From Antedon mediterranea (Eukaryota > Animalia > Echinodermata), in assembly GCF_964355755.1 (NCBI RefSeq), contig NC_092678.1, positions 9,856,352 to 9,920,351 of the forward strand: a stretch of 64,000 bases of DNA. The letters run 5' to 3'. The translations under genes were made by a program, and so were the position numbers. The notes beneath the pieces are model-generated. The model saw nothing but the letters and a program-made list of their open reading frames with translations. It was not told the origin of the DNA and did no database searches. Shown piece after piece: positions 33,901-48,900 of this stretch. Each line of letters begins with the position of its first letter. Positions within the stretch are counted from its first letter, which is position 1.

Positions 33901-36900
33901 AAGTTTCATCGAAATGCACAAAATGGTCTAAAACGTCTCCAAATACGATTTGAAGCTTTTCCAAGCACTTTGCTGTTTTTATGTTAACAAGTTTTTTCGA
34001 AAATCACAAAATGGTCTAAAACGTCTCAAAATGCGATTTGAAGGTATTCTGAGCACTTTGGTGTTTTTGTGTGAAAAGTTTTAACGAAAAGCTCAAAATG
34101 GTCTAAAACGGTTCTAATGTGATTTTAAGCACTTTGATGTTTTTGTACAACCAAGTTTCATCGAAATGCTCAAAATGGTCTAAAACGTTTTTAAAACGAT
34201 ATTAAGCTATTTTGTGCTCTTTGATGTTTTTGTGTAACCAAGTTTTTTTCGAAAATCACAAAATGGTCTAAAACGTCTCCAAATGCGATTTGAAGCTTTT
34301 TTAAGCACTTTGGTGTTTTTATGTTAACAAGTTTTTTCGAAAATCGCAAAATGGTCTAAAACGTCTCAAAATGCGATTTGAATGTATTCTGAGCACTTTG
34401 GTGTTTTTGTGTGAAAAGTTTTAACGAAATGCTCAAAATGGTCTAAAACGGTTTCTAATGTGATTTTAACCACTTTGATGTTTTTGTGTAACCAAGTTCT
34501 TTTCGAAAATCACAAAATGGTCTAAAACGTCTCCAAATGCGATTTGAAGCTTTTCTAAGCACTTTGGTGTTTTTATGTTAACAAGTTTTTTCGAAAATCA
34601 CAAAATGGTCTAAAACGTCTCAAAATGCGATTTGAAGGTATTCTGAGCACTTTGGTGTTTTTGTGTGAAAAGTTTTAACGAAATGCTCAAAATGGTCTAA
34701 AACGGTTTCTAATGTGATTTTAACCACTTTGATGTTTTTGTGTAACCAAGTTTTTTCGAAAATCACAAAATGGTCTAAAACGTCTCCAAATGCGATTTGA
34801 AGCTTTTCTAAGCACTTTGGTGTTTTTATGTTAACAAGTTTTTTCGAAAATCACAAAATGGTCTAAAACGTCTCAAATAGCGATTTGAAGCTATTCTGTA
34901 CACTTTGATGTTTTGTGTGAAAAAAGTTTTGTCGAAATGCTCAAAATGGTCTAAAACGTTTTTAAAACGATATTAAGCTATTTTGTGCTCTTTGATGTTT
35001 TTGTGTAACCAAGTTTTATCGAAATGAACAAAATGGTCTAAAACGTCTCCAAATGCGATTTGAAGCTTTTCCAAGCACTTTGCTGTTTTTATGTTAACAA
35101 GTTTTTTCGAAAATCACAAAATGGTCTAAAACATCTCCAAATGCGATTTGAAGATATTCTGAGCACTTTGGTGTTTTTATGTTAAAAAGTTTTTTCGAAA
35201 ATCACAAAATGGTCTAGAACGTCTCCAAATGCGATTTGAAGCTCTTCTGTACACTTTGATGTTTTGTGTGAAAAAGTTTTGTCAAAATGCTCAAAATGGT
35301 CTAAAACGTTTTTAAAACGATATTAAGCTATTTTGTGCTCTTTGATGTTTTTGTATAACCAAGTTTTTTCGAAAATCACAAAATGGTCTAAAACGTCTCC
35401 AAATGCGATTTGAAGATATTCTGAGCACTTTGGTGTTTTTATGTTAAAAAGTTTTTTCGAAAATCACAAAATGGTCTAAAACGTCTCCAAATGCGATTTG
35501 AAGATATTCTGAGCACTTTGGTGTTTTTATGTTAAAAAGTTTTTTCGAAAATCACAAAATGGTCTAAAACGTCTCCAAATGCGATTTGAAGCTATTCTAT
35601 ACACTTTGATGTTTTGTGTTAAAAAGTTTTGTCGAAATGCTCAAAATGGTTTAAAACGTTTTTAAAACGATATTAAGCTATTTTGTGCTCTTTGATGTTT
35701 TTGTGTAACCAAGTTTCATCGAAATGAACAAAATGGTCTAAAACGTCTCCAAATGCGATTTGAAGCTTTTCCAAGCACTTTGCTGTTTTTATGTTAACAA
35801 GTTTTTTCGAAAATCACAAAATTGTCTAAAACGTCTCAAAATGCGATTTGAAGGTATTCTGAGCACTTTGGTGTTTTTGTGTGAAAAGTTTTAACGAAAA
35901 GCTCAAAATGGTCTAAAACGGTTCTAATGTGATTTTAAGCACTTTGATGTTTTTGTACAACCAAGTTTCATCGAATGCTCAAAATGGTCTAAAACGTTTT
36001 TAAAACGATATTAAGCTATTTTGTGCTCTTTGATGTTTTTGTGTAACCAAGTTTTTTCGAAAATCACAAAATGGTCTAAAACGTCTCCAAATGCGATTTG
36101 AAGCTTTTCTAAGCACTTTGGTGTTTTTATGTTAACAAGTTTTTTCGAAAATCACAAAATGGTCTAAAACGTCTCCAAATGCGATTTGAAGCTATTCTGT
36201 ACACTTTGATGTTTTGTGTGAAAAGTTTTAACGAAATGCTCAAAATTGTCTAAAACGGTTTCTAATGTGATTTTAAGCACTTTGATGTTTTTGTAAAACC
36301 AAGTTTCATCGAAATGCACAAAATGGTCTAAAACGTCTCCAAATGCGATTTGAAGCTTTTCCAAGCACTTTGGTGTTTTTATGTTAACAAGGTTTTTCGA
36401 AAATCACAAAATGGTCTAAAACGTCTCCAAATGCGATTTGAAGCTTTTCCAAGCACTTTGCTGTTTTTATGTTAACAAGTTTTTTCGAAAATCACAAAAT
36501 GGTCTAAAACGTCTCAAAATACGATATTAAGCTGTTTTGTGCACTTTGATGATTTGTGTGAAAAGTTTTAACGAAATGCTCAAAATGGTCTAAAACGGTT
36601 TCTAATGTGATTTTAAGCACTTTGATGTTTTTATGTAGCCAAGTTTTTTCGAAAATCACAAAATGGTCAAAAACGTCTCCAAATGCGATTTGAAGCTTTT
36701 CTAAGCACTTTGGTTTTTTTATGTTAACAAGTTTTTTCGAAAATCACAAAATGGTCTAAAACGTCTTCAAATGCGATTTGAAGATATTCTGAGCACTTTG
36801 GTGTTTTTCTGTTAAAAAGTATTTTCGAAAATCACAAAATGGCCTAAAACGTCTCCAAATGCGATTTGAAGCTATTCTGTACACTTTGATGTTTTGTGTG

Positions 36901-39900
36901 AAAAAGTTTTGTCAAAATGCTCAAAATGGTCTAAAACGTTTTTAAAACGATATTAAGCTATTTTGTGCTCTTTGATGTGTTTGTATAACCAAGTTTTTTC
37001 GAAAATCACAAAATGGTCTAAAACGTCTCCAAATGCGATTTGAAGCTTTTCCAAGCACTTTGCTGTTTTTATGTTAACAATTTTTTTCGAAAATCATAAA
37101 ATGGTCTAAAACGTCTCCAAATGCGATTTGAAGCTATTCTGTACACTTTGATGTTTTGTGTGAAAAGTTTTGTCGAAATGCTCAAAATGGTCTAAAACGT
37201 TTTTAAAACGATATTAAGCTATTTTGTGCTCTTTGATGTTTTTGTGTAACCAAGTTTCATCGAAATGAACAAAATGGTCTAAAACGTCTCCAAATGCGAT
37301 TTGAAGCTTTTCTAAGCACTTTCGTGTTTTTATGTTAACAAGTTTTTTCGAAAATCACAAAATGGTCTAAAACGTCTCCAAATGCGATTTGAAGATATTC
37401 TGAGCACTTTGCTGTTTTAATGTTAACAAGTTTTTTCGAAAATCACAAAATGGTCTAAAACGTCTCAAAATGCTATTTGAAGGTATTCTGAGCACTTTGG
37501 TGTTTTTGTGTGAAAAGTTTTAACGAAATGCTCAAAATGGTCTAAAACGGTTCTAATGTGATTTTAAGCACTTTGATGTTTTTGTATAACCAAGTTTCAT
37601 CGAAATGCTCAAAATGGTCTAAAACGTTTTTAAAACGATATTAAGCTATTTTGTGCTCTTTGATGTTTTTGTGTAACGAAGTTTCATCGAAATGAACAAA
37701 ATGGTCTAAAACGTCTCCAAATGCGATTTGAAGCTTTTCCAAGCACTTTGCTGTTTTTATGTTAACAAGTTTTTTCGAAAATCACAAAATGGCCTAAAAC
37801 GTCTCAAAATGCGATTTCAAGGTATTCTGAGCACTTTGGTGTTTTTGTGTGAAAGGTTTTAACGAAATGCTCAAAATGGTCTAAAACGGTTTCTAATGTG
37901 ATTTTAAGCACTTTGATGTTTTTGTATAACCAAGTTTCATCGAAATGCACAAAATGGTCTAAAACGTCTCCAAATGCGATTTGAAGCTTTTCTAAGCACT
38001 TTGCTGTTTTTATGTTAAAAAGTTTTTTCGAAAATCACAAAATGGTCTAAAACGTCTCCAAATGCGATTTGAAGATATTCTGAGCACTTTGGTGTTTTTA
38101 TGTTAAAAAGTTTTTTCGAAAATCACAAAATGGTCTAAAACGTCTCCAAATGCGATTTGAAGATATTCTGAGCACTTTTGTGTTTTTATGTTAAAAAGTT
38201 TTTTCGAAAATCACAAAATGGTCTAAAACGTCTCCAAATGCGATTTGAAGCTATTCTGTACACTTTGATGTTTTGTGTGAAAAAGTTTTGTCGAAATGCT
38301 CAAAATGGTCTAAAACGTTTTTAAAACGATATTAAGCTATTTTGTGCTCTTTGATGTTTTTGTGTAACCAAGTTTTATCGAAATGAACAAAATGGTCTAA
38401 AACGTCTCCAAATGCGATTTGAAGCTTTTCCAAGCACTTTGCTGTTTTTATGTTAACAAGCTTTTTCGAAAATCACAAAATGGTCTAAAACGTCTCCAAA
38501 TGCGATTTGAAGATATTCTGAGCACTTTGGTGTTTTTATGTTAAAAAGTTTTTTCGAAAATCACAAAATGGTCTAAAACGTCTCCAAATGCGATTTGAAG
38601 ATATTCTGAGCACTTTGGTGTTTTTATGTTAAAAAGTTTTTTCGAAAATCACAAAATGGTCTAAAACGTCTCCAAATGCGATTTGAAGCTATTCTGTACA
38701 CTTTGATGTTTTGTGTGAAAAAGTTTTGTCGAAATGCTCAAAATGGTCTAAAACGTTTTTAAAACGATATTAAGCTATTTTGTGCTCTTTGATGTTTTTG
38801 TGTAACCAAGTTTTATCGAAATGAACAAAATGGTCTAAAACGTCTCCAAATGCGATTTGAAGCTTTTCCAAGCACTTTGCTGTTTTTATGTTAACAAGTT
38901 TTTTCGAAAATCACAAAATGGTCTAAAACGTCTCAAAATGCGATTTGAAGGTATTCTGAGCACTTTGGTGTTTTTGTGTGAAAAGTTTTAACGAAATGCT
39001 CAAAATTGTCTAAAACGGTTTCTAATGTGATTTTAAGCACTTTGATGTTTTTGTAAAACCAAGTTTCATCGAAATGAACAAAATGGTCTAAAATGTCTCC
39101 AAATGCGATTTGAAGCTTTTCCAAGCACTTTGCTGTTTTTATGTTAACAAGCTTTTTCGAAAATCACAAAATGGTCTAAAACGTCTCCAAATGCGATTTG
39201 AAGATATTCTGAGCACTTTGGTGTTTTTATGTTAAAAAGTTTTTTCGAAAATCACAAAATGGTCTAAAACGTCTCCAAATGCGATTTGAAGCTCTTCTGT
39301 ACACTTTGATGTTTTGTGTGAAAAAGTTTAGTCGAAATGCTCAAAATGGTCTAAAACGTTTTTAAAACGATATTAAGCTATTTTGTGCTCTTTGATGTTT
39401 TTGTGTAACCAAGTTTCATCGAAAATCACAAAATGGTCTAAAACGTCTCCAAATGCGATTTGAAGATATTCTGAGCACTTTGGTGTTTTTATGTTAACAA
39501 GTTTTTTCGAAAATCACAAAATGGTCTAAAACGTCTCCAAATGCGATTTGAAGATATTCTGAGCACTTTGGTGTTTTTATGTTAAAAAGTTTTTTCGAAA
39601 ATCACAAAATGGTCTAAAACGTCTCAAAATGCGATTTGAAGGTATTCTGAGCACTTTGGTGTTTTTGTGTGAAAAGTTTTAACGAAAAGCTCAAAATGGT
39701 CTAAAACGGTTCTAATGTGATTTTAAGCACTTTGATGTTTTTGTACAACCAAGTTTCATCGAAATGCTCAAAATGGTCTAAAACGTTTTTAAAACGATAT
39801 TAAGCTATTTTGTGCTCTTTGATGTTTTTGCGTTACCAAGTTTTTTCGAAAATCACAAAATGGTCTAAAACGTCTCCAAATGCGATTTGAAGCTTTTCTA

Positions 39901-42900
39901 AGCACTTTGGTGTTTTTATATTAACAAGTTTTTTCGAAAATCACAAAATGGTCTAAAACGTCTCAAAATGCGATTTGAAGGTATTCTGAGCACTTTGGTG
40001 TTTTTGTGTGAAAAGTTTTAACGAAATGCTCAAAATGGTCTAAAACGGTTTCTAATTTGATTTTAACCACTTTGATGTTTTTGTGTAACAAAGTTCTTTT
40101 CGAAAATCACAAAATGGTCTAAAACGTCTCCAAATGCGATTTGAAGCTTTTCTAAGCACTTTGGTGTTTTTATGTTAACAAGTTTTTTCGAAAATCACAA
40201 AATGGTCTAAAACGTCTCAAAATGCGATTTGAAGGTATTCTGAGCACTTTGGTGTTTTTGTGTGAAAAGTTTTAACGAAATGCTCAAAATGGTCTAAAAC
40301 GGTTTCTAATGTGATTTTAACAACTTTGATGTTTTTGTGTAACCAAGTTTTTTCGAAAATCACAAAATGGTCTAAAACGTCTCCAAATGCGATTTGAAGC
40401 TTTTCTAAGCACTTTGGTGTTTTTATGTTAACAAGTTTTTTCGAAAATCACAAAATGGTCTAAAACGTCTCCAAATGCGATTTGAAGATATTCTGAGCAC
40501 TTTGGTGTTTTTCTGTTAAAAAGTATTTTCGAAAATCACAAAATGGTCTAAAACGTCTCCAAATGCAATTTGAAGCTATTCTGTACACTTTGATGTTTTG
40601 TGTGAAAAAGTTTTGTCAAAATGCTCAAAATGGTCTAAAACGTTTTTAAAACGATATTAAGCTATTTTGTGCTCTTTGATGTTTTTGTATAACCAAGTTT
40701 TTTCGAAAATCACAAAATGGTCTAAAACGTCTCCAAATGCGATTTGAAGCTTTTCTAAACACTTTGGTGTTTTTATGTTAACAAGTTTTTTCGAAAATCA
40801 CAAAATGGTCTAAAACGTCTCCAAATCCGATTTGAAGCTATTCTGTACACTTTGATGTTTTGTGTGAAAAAGTTTTGTCGAAATGCTCAAAATGGTCTAA
40901 AACGTTTTTAAAACGATATTAAGCTATTTTGTGCTCTTTGATGTTTTTGTGTAACCAAGTTTCATCGATATGAACAAAATTGTCTAAAACGTCTCAAAAT
41001 GCGATTTGAAGGTATTCTGAGCACTTTGGTGTTTTTGGGTGAAAAGTTTTAACGAAAAGCTCAAAATGGTCTAAAACGGTTCTAATGTGATTTTAAGCAC
41101 TTTGATGTTTTTGTACAACCAAGTTTCATCGAAATGCTCAAAATGGTCTAAAACGTTTTTAAAACGATATTAAGCTATTTTGTGCTCTTTGATGTTTTTG
41201 TGTAACCAAGTTTTTTTCGAAAATCTTAAAATGGTCTAAAACGTCTCCAAATGCGATTTGAAGCTTTTCTAAGCACTTTGGTGTTTTTATGTTAACAAGT
41301 TTTTTCGAAAATCACAAAATGGTCTAAAACGTCTCAAAATGCGATTTGAAGGTATTCTGAGCACTTTGGTGTTTTTGTGTGAAAAGTTTTAACGAAATGC
41401 TCAAAATGGTCTAAAACGGTTTCTAATGTGATTTTAACCACTTTGATGTTTTTGTGTGTAACCAAGTTCTTTTCGAAAATCACAAAATGGTCTAAAACGT
41501 CTCCAAATGCGATTTGAAGCTTTTCTAAGCACTTTGGTGTTTTTATGTTAACAAGTTTTTTCGAAAATCACAAGATGGTCTAAAACGTCTCAAAATGCGA
41601 TTTGAAGGTATTCTGAGCACTTTGGTGTTTTTGTGTGAAAAGTTTTAACGAAATGCTCAAAATGGTCTAAAACGGTTTCTAATGTGATTTTAACCACTTT
41701 GATGTTTTTGTGTAACCAAGTTTTTTCGAAAATCACAAAATGGTCTAAAACGTCTCCAAATGCGATTTGAAGCTTTTCTAAGCACTTTGGTGTTTTTATA
41801 TTAACAAGTTTTTTCGAAAATCACAAAATGGTCTAAAACGTCTCCAAATGCGATTTGAAGCTATTCTGTACACTTTGATGTTTTGTGTGAAAAAAGTTTT
41901 GTCGAAATGCTCAAAATGGTCTAAAACGTTTTTAAAACGATATTAAGCTATTTTGTGCTCTTTGATGTTTTTGTGTAACCAAGTTTTATCGAAATGAACA
42001 AAATGTTCTAAAACGTCTCCAAATGCGATTTGAAGCTTTTCCAAGCACTTTGCTGTTTTTATGTTAAGTTTTTTCGAAAATCACAAAATGGTCTAAAACG
42101 TCTCTAAATGCGATTTGAAGGTATTCTGAGCACTTTGGTGTTTTTGTGTGAAAAGTTTTAACGAAATGCTCAAAATTGTCTAAAACGGTTTCTAATGTGA
42201 TTTTAAGCACTTTGATGTTTTTGTAAAACCAAGTTTCATCGAAATGCACAAAATGGTCTAAACCGTCTCCAAATGCGATTTGAAGCTTTTCCAAGCACTT
42301 TGCTGTTTTTATGTTAACAAGCTTTTTCGAAAATCACAAAATGGTCTAAAACGTCTCCAAATGCGATTTGAAGATATTCTGAGCACTTTGGTGTTTTTAT
42401 GTTAAAAAGTTTTTTCGAAAATCACAAAATGGTCTAAAACGTCTCCAAATGCGATTTGAAGCTTTTCTAAACACTTTGGTGTTTTTATGTTAACAAGTTT
42501 TTTCGAAAATCACAAAATGGTCTAAAACGTCTCCAAATCCGATTTGAAGCTATTCTGTACACTTTGATGTTTTGTGTGAAAAAGTTTTGTCGAAATTCTC
42601 AAAATGGTCTAAAACGTTTTTAAAACGATATTAAGCTATTTTGTGCTCTTTGATGTTTTTGTGTAACCAAGTTTCATCGATATGAACAAAATGGTCTAAA
42701 ACGTCTCAAAATGCGATTTGAAGGTATTCTGAGCACTTTGGTGTTTTTGGGTGAAAAGTTTTAACGAAATGCTCAAAATGGTCTAAAACGGTTTCTAATG
42801 TGATTTTAAGCACTTTGAAGTATTTGTAAAAACAAGTTTCATCGAAATGCACAAAATGGTCTAAAACGTCTCCAAATGCGATTTGAAGCTTTTCTAAGCA

Positions 42901-45900
42901 CTTTGGTGTTTTTATGTTAACAAGTTTTTTCGAAAATCACAAAATGGTCTAAAACGTCTCCAAATGCGATTTGAAGATATTCTGAGCACTTTGGTGTTTT
43001 TATGTTTAAAAGTTTTTTCGAAAATCACAAAATGGTCTAAAACGTCTCCAAATGCGATTTGAAGCTATTCTGTACACTTTGATGTTTTGTGTGAAAAAGT
43101 TTTGTCGAAATGCTCAAAATGGTTTAAAACGTTTTTAAAACGATATTAAGCTATTTTGTGCTCTTTGATGTTTTTGTATAACCAAGTTTCATCGAAATGC
43201 ACAAAATGGTCTAAAACGTCTCCAAATACGATTTGAAGCTTTTCTAAGCACTTTATGCGATTTGAAGATATTCTGAGCACTTTGGTGTTTTTATGTTAAA
43301 AAGTTTTTTCGAAAATCACAAAATGGTCTAAAACGTCTCCAAATGCGATTTGAAGATATTCTGAGCACTTTGGTGTTTTTATGTTAAAAAGTTTTTTCGA
43401 AAATCACAAAATGGTCTAAAACGTCTCCAAATGCGATTTGAAGCTATTCTGTACACTTTGATGTTTTGTGTGAAAAAGTTTTGTCGAAATGCTCAAAATG
43501 GTCTAAAACGTTTTTAAAACGATATAAAGCTATTTTGTGCTCTTTGAGGTTTTTGTGTAACCAAGTTTTTTCGAAAATCACAAAATGGTCTAAAACGTCT
43601 CCAAATGCGATTTGAAGCTTTTCTAAGCACTTTGGTGTTTTTATGTTAACAAGTTTTTTCGAAAATCACAAAATGGTCTAAAACGTTTTAAAATGCGATT
43701 TGAAGGTATTCTGAGCACTTTGGTGTTTTTGTGTGAAAAGTTTTAACGAAATGCTCAAAATGGTCTAAAACGGTTTCTAATGTGATTTTAACCACTTTGA
43801 TGTTTTTGTGTAACCAAGTTTTTTCGAAAATCACAAAATGGTCTAAAACGTCTCCAAATGCGATTTGAAGCTTTTCTAAGCACTTTGGTGTTTTTATGTT
43901 AACAAGTTTTTTCGAAAATCACAAAATGGTCTAAAACGTCTCCAAATGCGATTTGAAGCTATTCTGTACACTTTGATGTTTTGTGTGAAAAAAGTTTTGT
44001 CGAAATGCTTAAAATGGTCTAAAACGTTTTTAAAACGATATTAAGCTATTTTGTGCTCTTTGATGTTTTTGTGTAACCAAGTTTTATCGAAATGAACAAA
44101 ATGGTCTAAAACGTCTCCAAATGCGATTTGAAGCTTTTCCAAGCACTTTGCTGTTTTTATGTTAACAGGTTTTTTCGAAAATCACAAAATGGTCTAAAAC
44201 GTCTCAAAATGCGATTTGAAGGTATTCTGAGCACTTTGGTGTTTTTGTGTGAAAAGTTTTAACGAAATGCTCAAAATTGTCTAAAACGGTTTCTAATGTG
44301 ATTTTAAGCACTTTGATGTTTTTGTAAAACCAAGTTTCATCGAAATGCACAAAATGGTCTAAAACGTCTCCAAATGCGATTTAAAGCTATTCTAGACACT
44401 TTGATGTTTTGTGTGAAAAAGTTTTCTCGAAATGCTCAAAATGGTCTAAAACGTTTTCCAATTCCATATTAAGCTATTTTGTGCAATTTGATGTTTTTGT
44501 GTATCCAAGTTTCATCGAAATGAACAAAATGGTCTAAAACGTTTTTAAATACGATATTAAGCTGTTTTGTGCACTTTGATGATTTGTGTGAAAAGTTTTA
44601 ACGAAATGCTCAAAATAGTCTAAAACGGTTTCTAATGTGATTTTAAGCACTTTGATGTTTTTGTGTAACCAAGTTTTTTCGGAAATCACAAAATGGTCTA
44701 AAACGTCTCCAAATGCGATTTGAAGCTTTTCTAAGCACTTTGGTGTTTTTATGTTAACAAGTTTTTTCGAAAATCACAAAATGGTCTAAAACGTCTCAAA
44801 ATGCGATTTGAAGGTAATCTGAGCACTTTGGTGTTTTTGTGTGAAAAGTTTTAACGAAATGCTCAAAATGGTCTAAAACGGTTTCTAATGTGATTTTAAC
44901 CACTTTGATGTTTTTGTGTAACCAAGTTCTTTTCGAAAATCACAAAATGGTCTAAAACGTCTCCAAATGCGATTTGAAGCTCTTCTGTACACTTTGATGT
45001 TTTGTGTGAAAAAGTTTTGTCGAAATGCTCAAAATGGTCTAAAACGTTTTTAAATACGAAATTAAGCTGTTTTGTGCACTTTGATGATTTGTGTGAAAAG
45101 TTTTAACGAAATGCTCAAAATAGTCTATAACGGTTTCTAATGTGATTTTAAGCACTTTGATGTTTTTGTGTAACCAAGTTTTTTCGGAAATCACAAAATG
45201 GTCTAAAACGTCTCCAAATGCGATTTGAAGCTTTTCTAAGCACTTTGGTGTTTTTATGTTAACAAGTTTTTTCGAAAATCACAAAATTGTCTAAAACGTC
45301 TCAAAATGCGATTTGAAGGTATTCTGAGCACTTTGGTGTTTTTGTGTGAAAAAAGTTTTGTCGAAATGCTCAAAATGGTCTAAAACGTTTTTAAAACGAT
45401 ATTAAGCTATTTTGTGCTCTTTGATGTTTTTGTGTAACCAAGTTTTATCGAAATGAACAAAATGGTCTAAAACGTCTCCAAATGCGATTTGAAGCTTTTC
45501 CAAGCACTTTGCTGTTTTTATATTAAGTTTTTTCGAAAATCACAAAATGGTCTAAAACGTCTCTAAATGCGATTTGAAGGTATTCTGAGCAATTTGGTGT
45601 TTTTGTGTGAAAAGTTTTAACGAAATGCTCAAAATTGTCTAAAACGGTTTCTAATGTGATTTTAAGCACTTTGATGTTTTTGTAAAACCAAGTTTCATCG
45701 AAATGCACAAAATGGTCTAAAACGTCTCCAAATGCGATTTGAAGCTATTCTGTACACTTTGATGTTTTGTGTGAAAAAAGTTTTGTCGAAATGCTCAAAA
45801 TGGTCTAAAACGTTTTTAAAACGATATTAAGCTATTTTGTGCTCTTTGATGTTTTTGTGTAACCAAGTTTTATCGAAATGAACAAAATGGTCTAAAACGT

Positions 45901-48900
45901 CTCCAAATGCGATTTGAAGCTTTTCCAAGCACTTTGCTGTTTTTATATTAAGTTTTTTCGAAAATCACAAAATGGTCTAAAACGTCTCTAAATGCGATTT
46001 GAAGGTATTCTGAGCAATTTGGTGTTTTTGTGTGAAAAGTTTTAACGAAATGCTCAAAATTGTCTAAAACGGTTTCTAATGTGATTTTAAGCACTTTGAT
46101 GTTTTTGTAAAACCAAGTTTCATCGAAATGCACAAAATGGTCTAAAACGTCTCCAAATGCGATTTGAAGCTATTCTGTACACTTTGATGTTTTGTGTGAA
46201 AAAAGTTTTGTCGAAATGCTCAAAATGGTCTAAAACGTTTTTAAAACGATATTAAGCTATTTTGTGCTCTTTGATGTTTTTGTGTAACCAAGTTTTATCG
46301 AAATGAACAAAATGGTCTAAAACGTCTCCAAATGCGATATGAAGCTTTTCCAAGCACTTTGCTGTTTTTATGTTAACAGGTTTTTTCGAAAATCACAAAA
46401 TGGTCTAAAACGTCTCAAAATGCGATTTGAAGGTATTCTGAGCACTTTGGTGTTTTTGTGTGAAAAGTTTTAACGAAATGCTCAAAATTGTCTAAAACGG
46501 TTTCTAATGTGATTTTAAGCACTTTGATGTTTTTGTAAAACCAAGTTTCATCGAAATGCACAAAATGGTCTAAAATGTCTCCAAATGCGATTTGAAGCTT
46601 TTCCAAGCACTTTGCTGTTTTTATGTTAACAAGCTTTTTCGAAAATCACAAAATGGTCTAAAACGTCTCCAAATGTGATTTGAAGATATTCTGAGCACTT
46701 TGGTGTTTTTATGTTAAAAAGTTTTTTCGAAAATCACAAAATGGTCTAAAACGTCTCCAAATGCGATTTGAAGATATTCTGAGCACTTTGGTGTTTTTAT
46801 GTTAAAAAGTTTTTTCGAAAATCACAAAATGGTCTAAAACGTCTCCAAATGCGATTTGAAGCTATTCTGTACACTTTGATGTTTTGTGTGAAAAAGTTTT
46901 GTCGAAATGCTCAAAATGGTTTAAAACGTTTTTAAAACGATATTAAGCTATTTTGTGCTCTTTGATGTTTTTGTATAACCAAGTTTCATCGAAATGCACA
47001 AAATGGTCTAAAACGTCTCCAAATACGATTTGAAGCTTTTCTAAGCACTTTTATGCGATTTGAAGATATTCTGAGCACTTTGGTGTTTTTATGTTAAAAA
47101 GTTTTTTCGAAAATCACAAAATGGTCTAAAACGTCTCCAAATGCGATTTGAAGATATTCTGAGCACTTTGGTGTTTTTATGTTAAAAAGTTTTTTCGAAA
47201 ATCACAAAATGGTCTAAAACGTCTCCAAATGCGATTTGAAGCTATTCTGTACACTTTGATATTTTGTGTGAAAAAGTTTTGTCGAAATGCTCAAAATGGT
47301 CTAAAACGTTTTTAAAACGATATAAAGCTATTTTGTGCTCTTTGAGGTTTTTGTGTAACCAAGTTTTTTCGAAAATCACAAAATGGTCTAAAACGTCTCC
47401 AAATGCGATTTGAAGCTTTTCTAAGCACTTTGGTGTTTTTATGTTAACAAGTTTTTTCGAAAATCACAAAATGGTCTAAAACGTTTTAAAATGCGATTTG
47501 AAGGTATTCTGAGCACTTTGGTGTTTTTGTGTGAAAAGTTTTAACGAAATGCTCAAAATGGTCTAAAACGGTTTCTAATGTGATTTTAACCACTTTGATG
47601 TTTTTGTGTAACCAAGTTTTTTCGAAAATCACAAAATGGTCTAAAACGTCTCCAAATGCGATTTGAAGCTTTTCTAAGAACTTTGGTGTTTTTATGTTAA
47701 CAAGTTTTTTCGAAAATCACAAAATGGTCTAAAACGTCTCCAAATGCGATTTGAAGCTATTCTGTACACTTTGATGTTTTGTGTGAAAAAAGTTTTGTCG
47801 AAATGCTTAAAATGGTCTAAAACGTTTTTAAAACGATATTAAGCTATTTTGTGCTCTTTGATGTTTTTGTGTAACCAAGTTTTATCGAAATGAACAAAAT
47901 GGTCTAAAACGTCTCCAAATGCGATTTGAAGCTTTTCCAAGCACTTTGCTGTTTTTATGTTAACAGGTTTTTTCGAAAATCACAAAATGGTCTAAAACGT
48001 CTCAAAATGCGATTTGAAGGTATTCTGAGCACTTTGGTGTTTTTGTGTGAAAAGTTTTAACGAAATGCTCAAAATTGTCTAAAACGGTTTCTAATGTGAT
48101 TTTAAGCACTTTGATGTTTTTGTAAAACCAAGTTTCATCGAAATGCACAAAATGGTCTAAAACGTCTCCAAATGCGATTTAAAGCTATTCTAGACACTTT
48201 GATGTTTTGTGTGAAAAAGTTTTCTCGAAATGCTCAAAATGGTCTAAAACGTTTTCCAATTCCATATTAAGCTATTTTGTGCAATTTGATGTTTTTGTGT
48301 ATCCAAGTTTCATCGAAATGAACAAAATGGTCTAAAACGTTTTTAAATACGATATTAAGCTGTTTTGTGCACTTTGATGATTTGTGTGAAAAGTTTTAAC
48401 GAAATGCTCAAAATAGTCTAAAACGGTTTCTAATGTGATTTTAAGCACTTTGATGTTTTTGTGTAACCAAGTTTTTTCGGAAATCACAAAATGGTCTAAA
48501 ACGTCTCCAAATGCGATTTGAAGCTTTTCTAAGCACTTTGGTGTTTTTATGTTAACAAGTTTTTTCGAAAATCACAAAATGGTCTAAAACGTCTCAAAAT
48601 GCGATTTGAAGGTAATCTGAGCACTTTGGTGTTTTTGTGTGAAAAGTTTTAACGAAATGCTCAAAATGGTCTAAAACGGTTTCTAATGTGATTTTAACCA
48701 CTTTGATGTTTTTGTGTAACCAAGTTCTTTTCGAAAATCACAAAATGGTCTAAAACGTCTCCAAATGCGATTTGAAGCTCTTCTGTACACTTTGATGTTT
48801 TGTGTGAAAAAGTTTTGTCGAAATGCTCAAAATGGTCTAAAACGTTTTTAAATACGAAATTAAGCTGTTTTGTGCACTTTGATGATTTGTGTGAAAAGTT

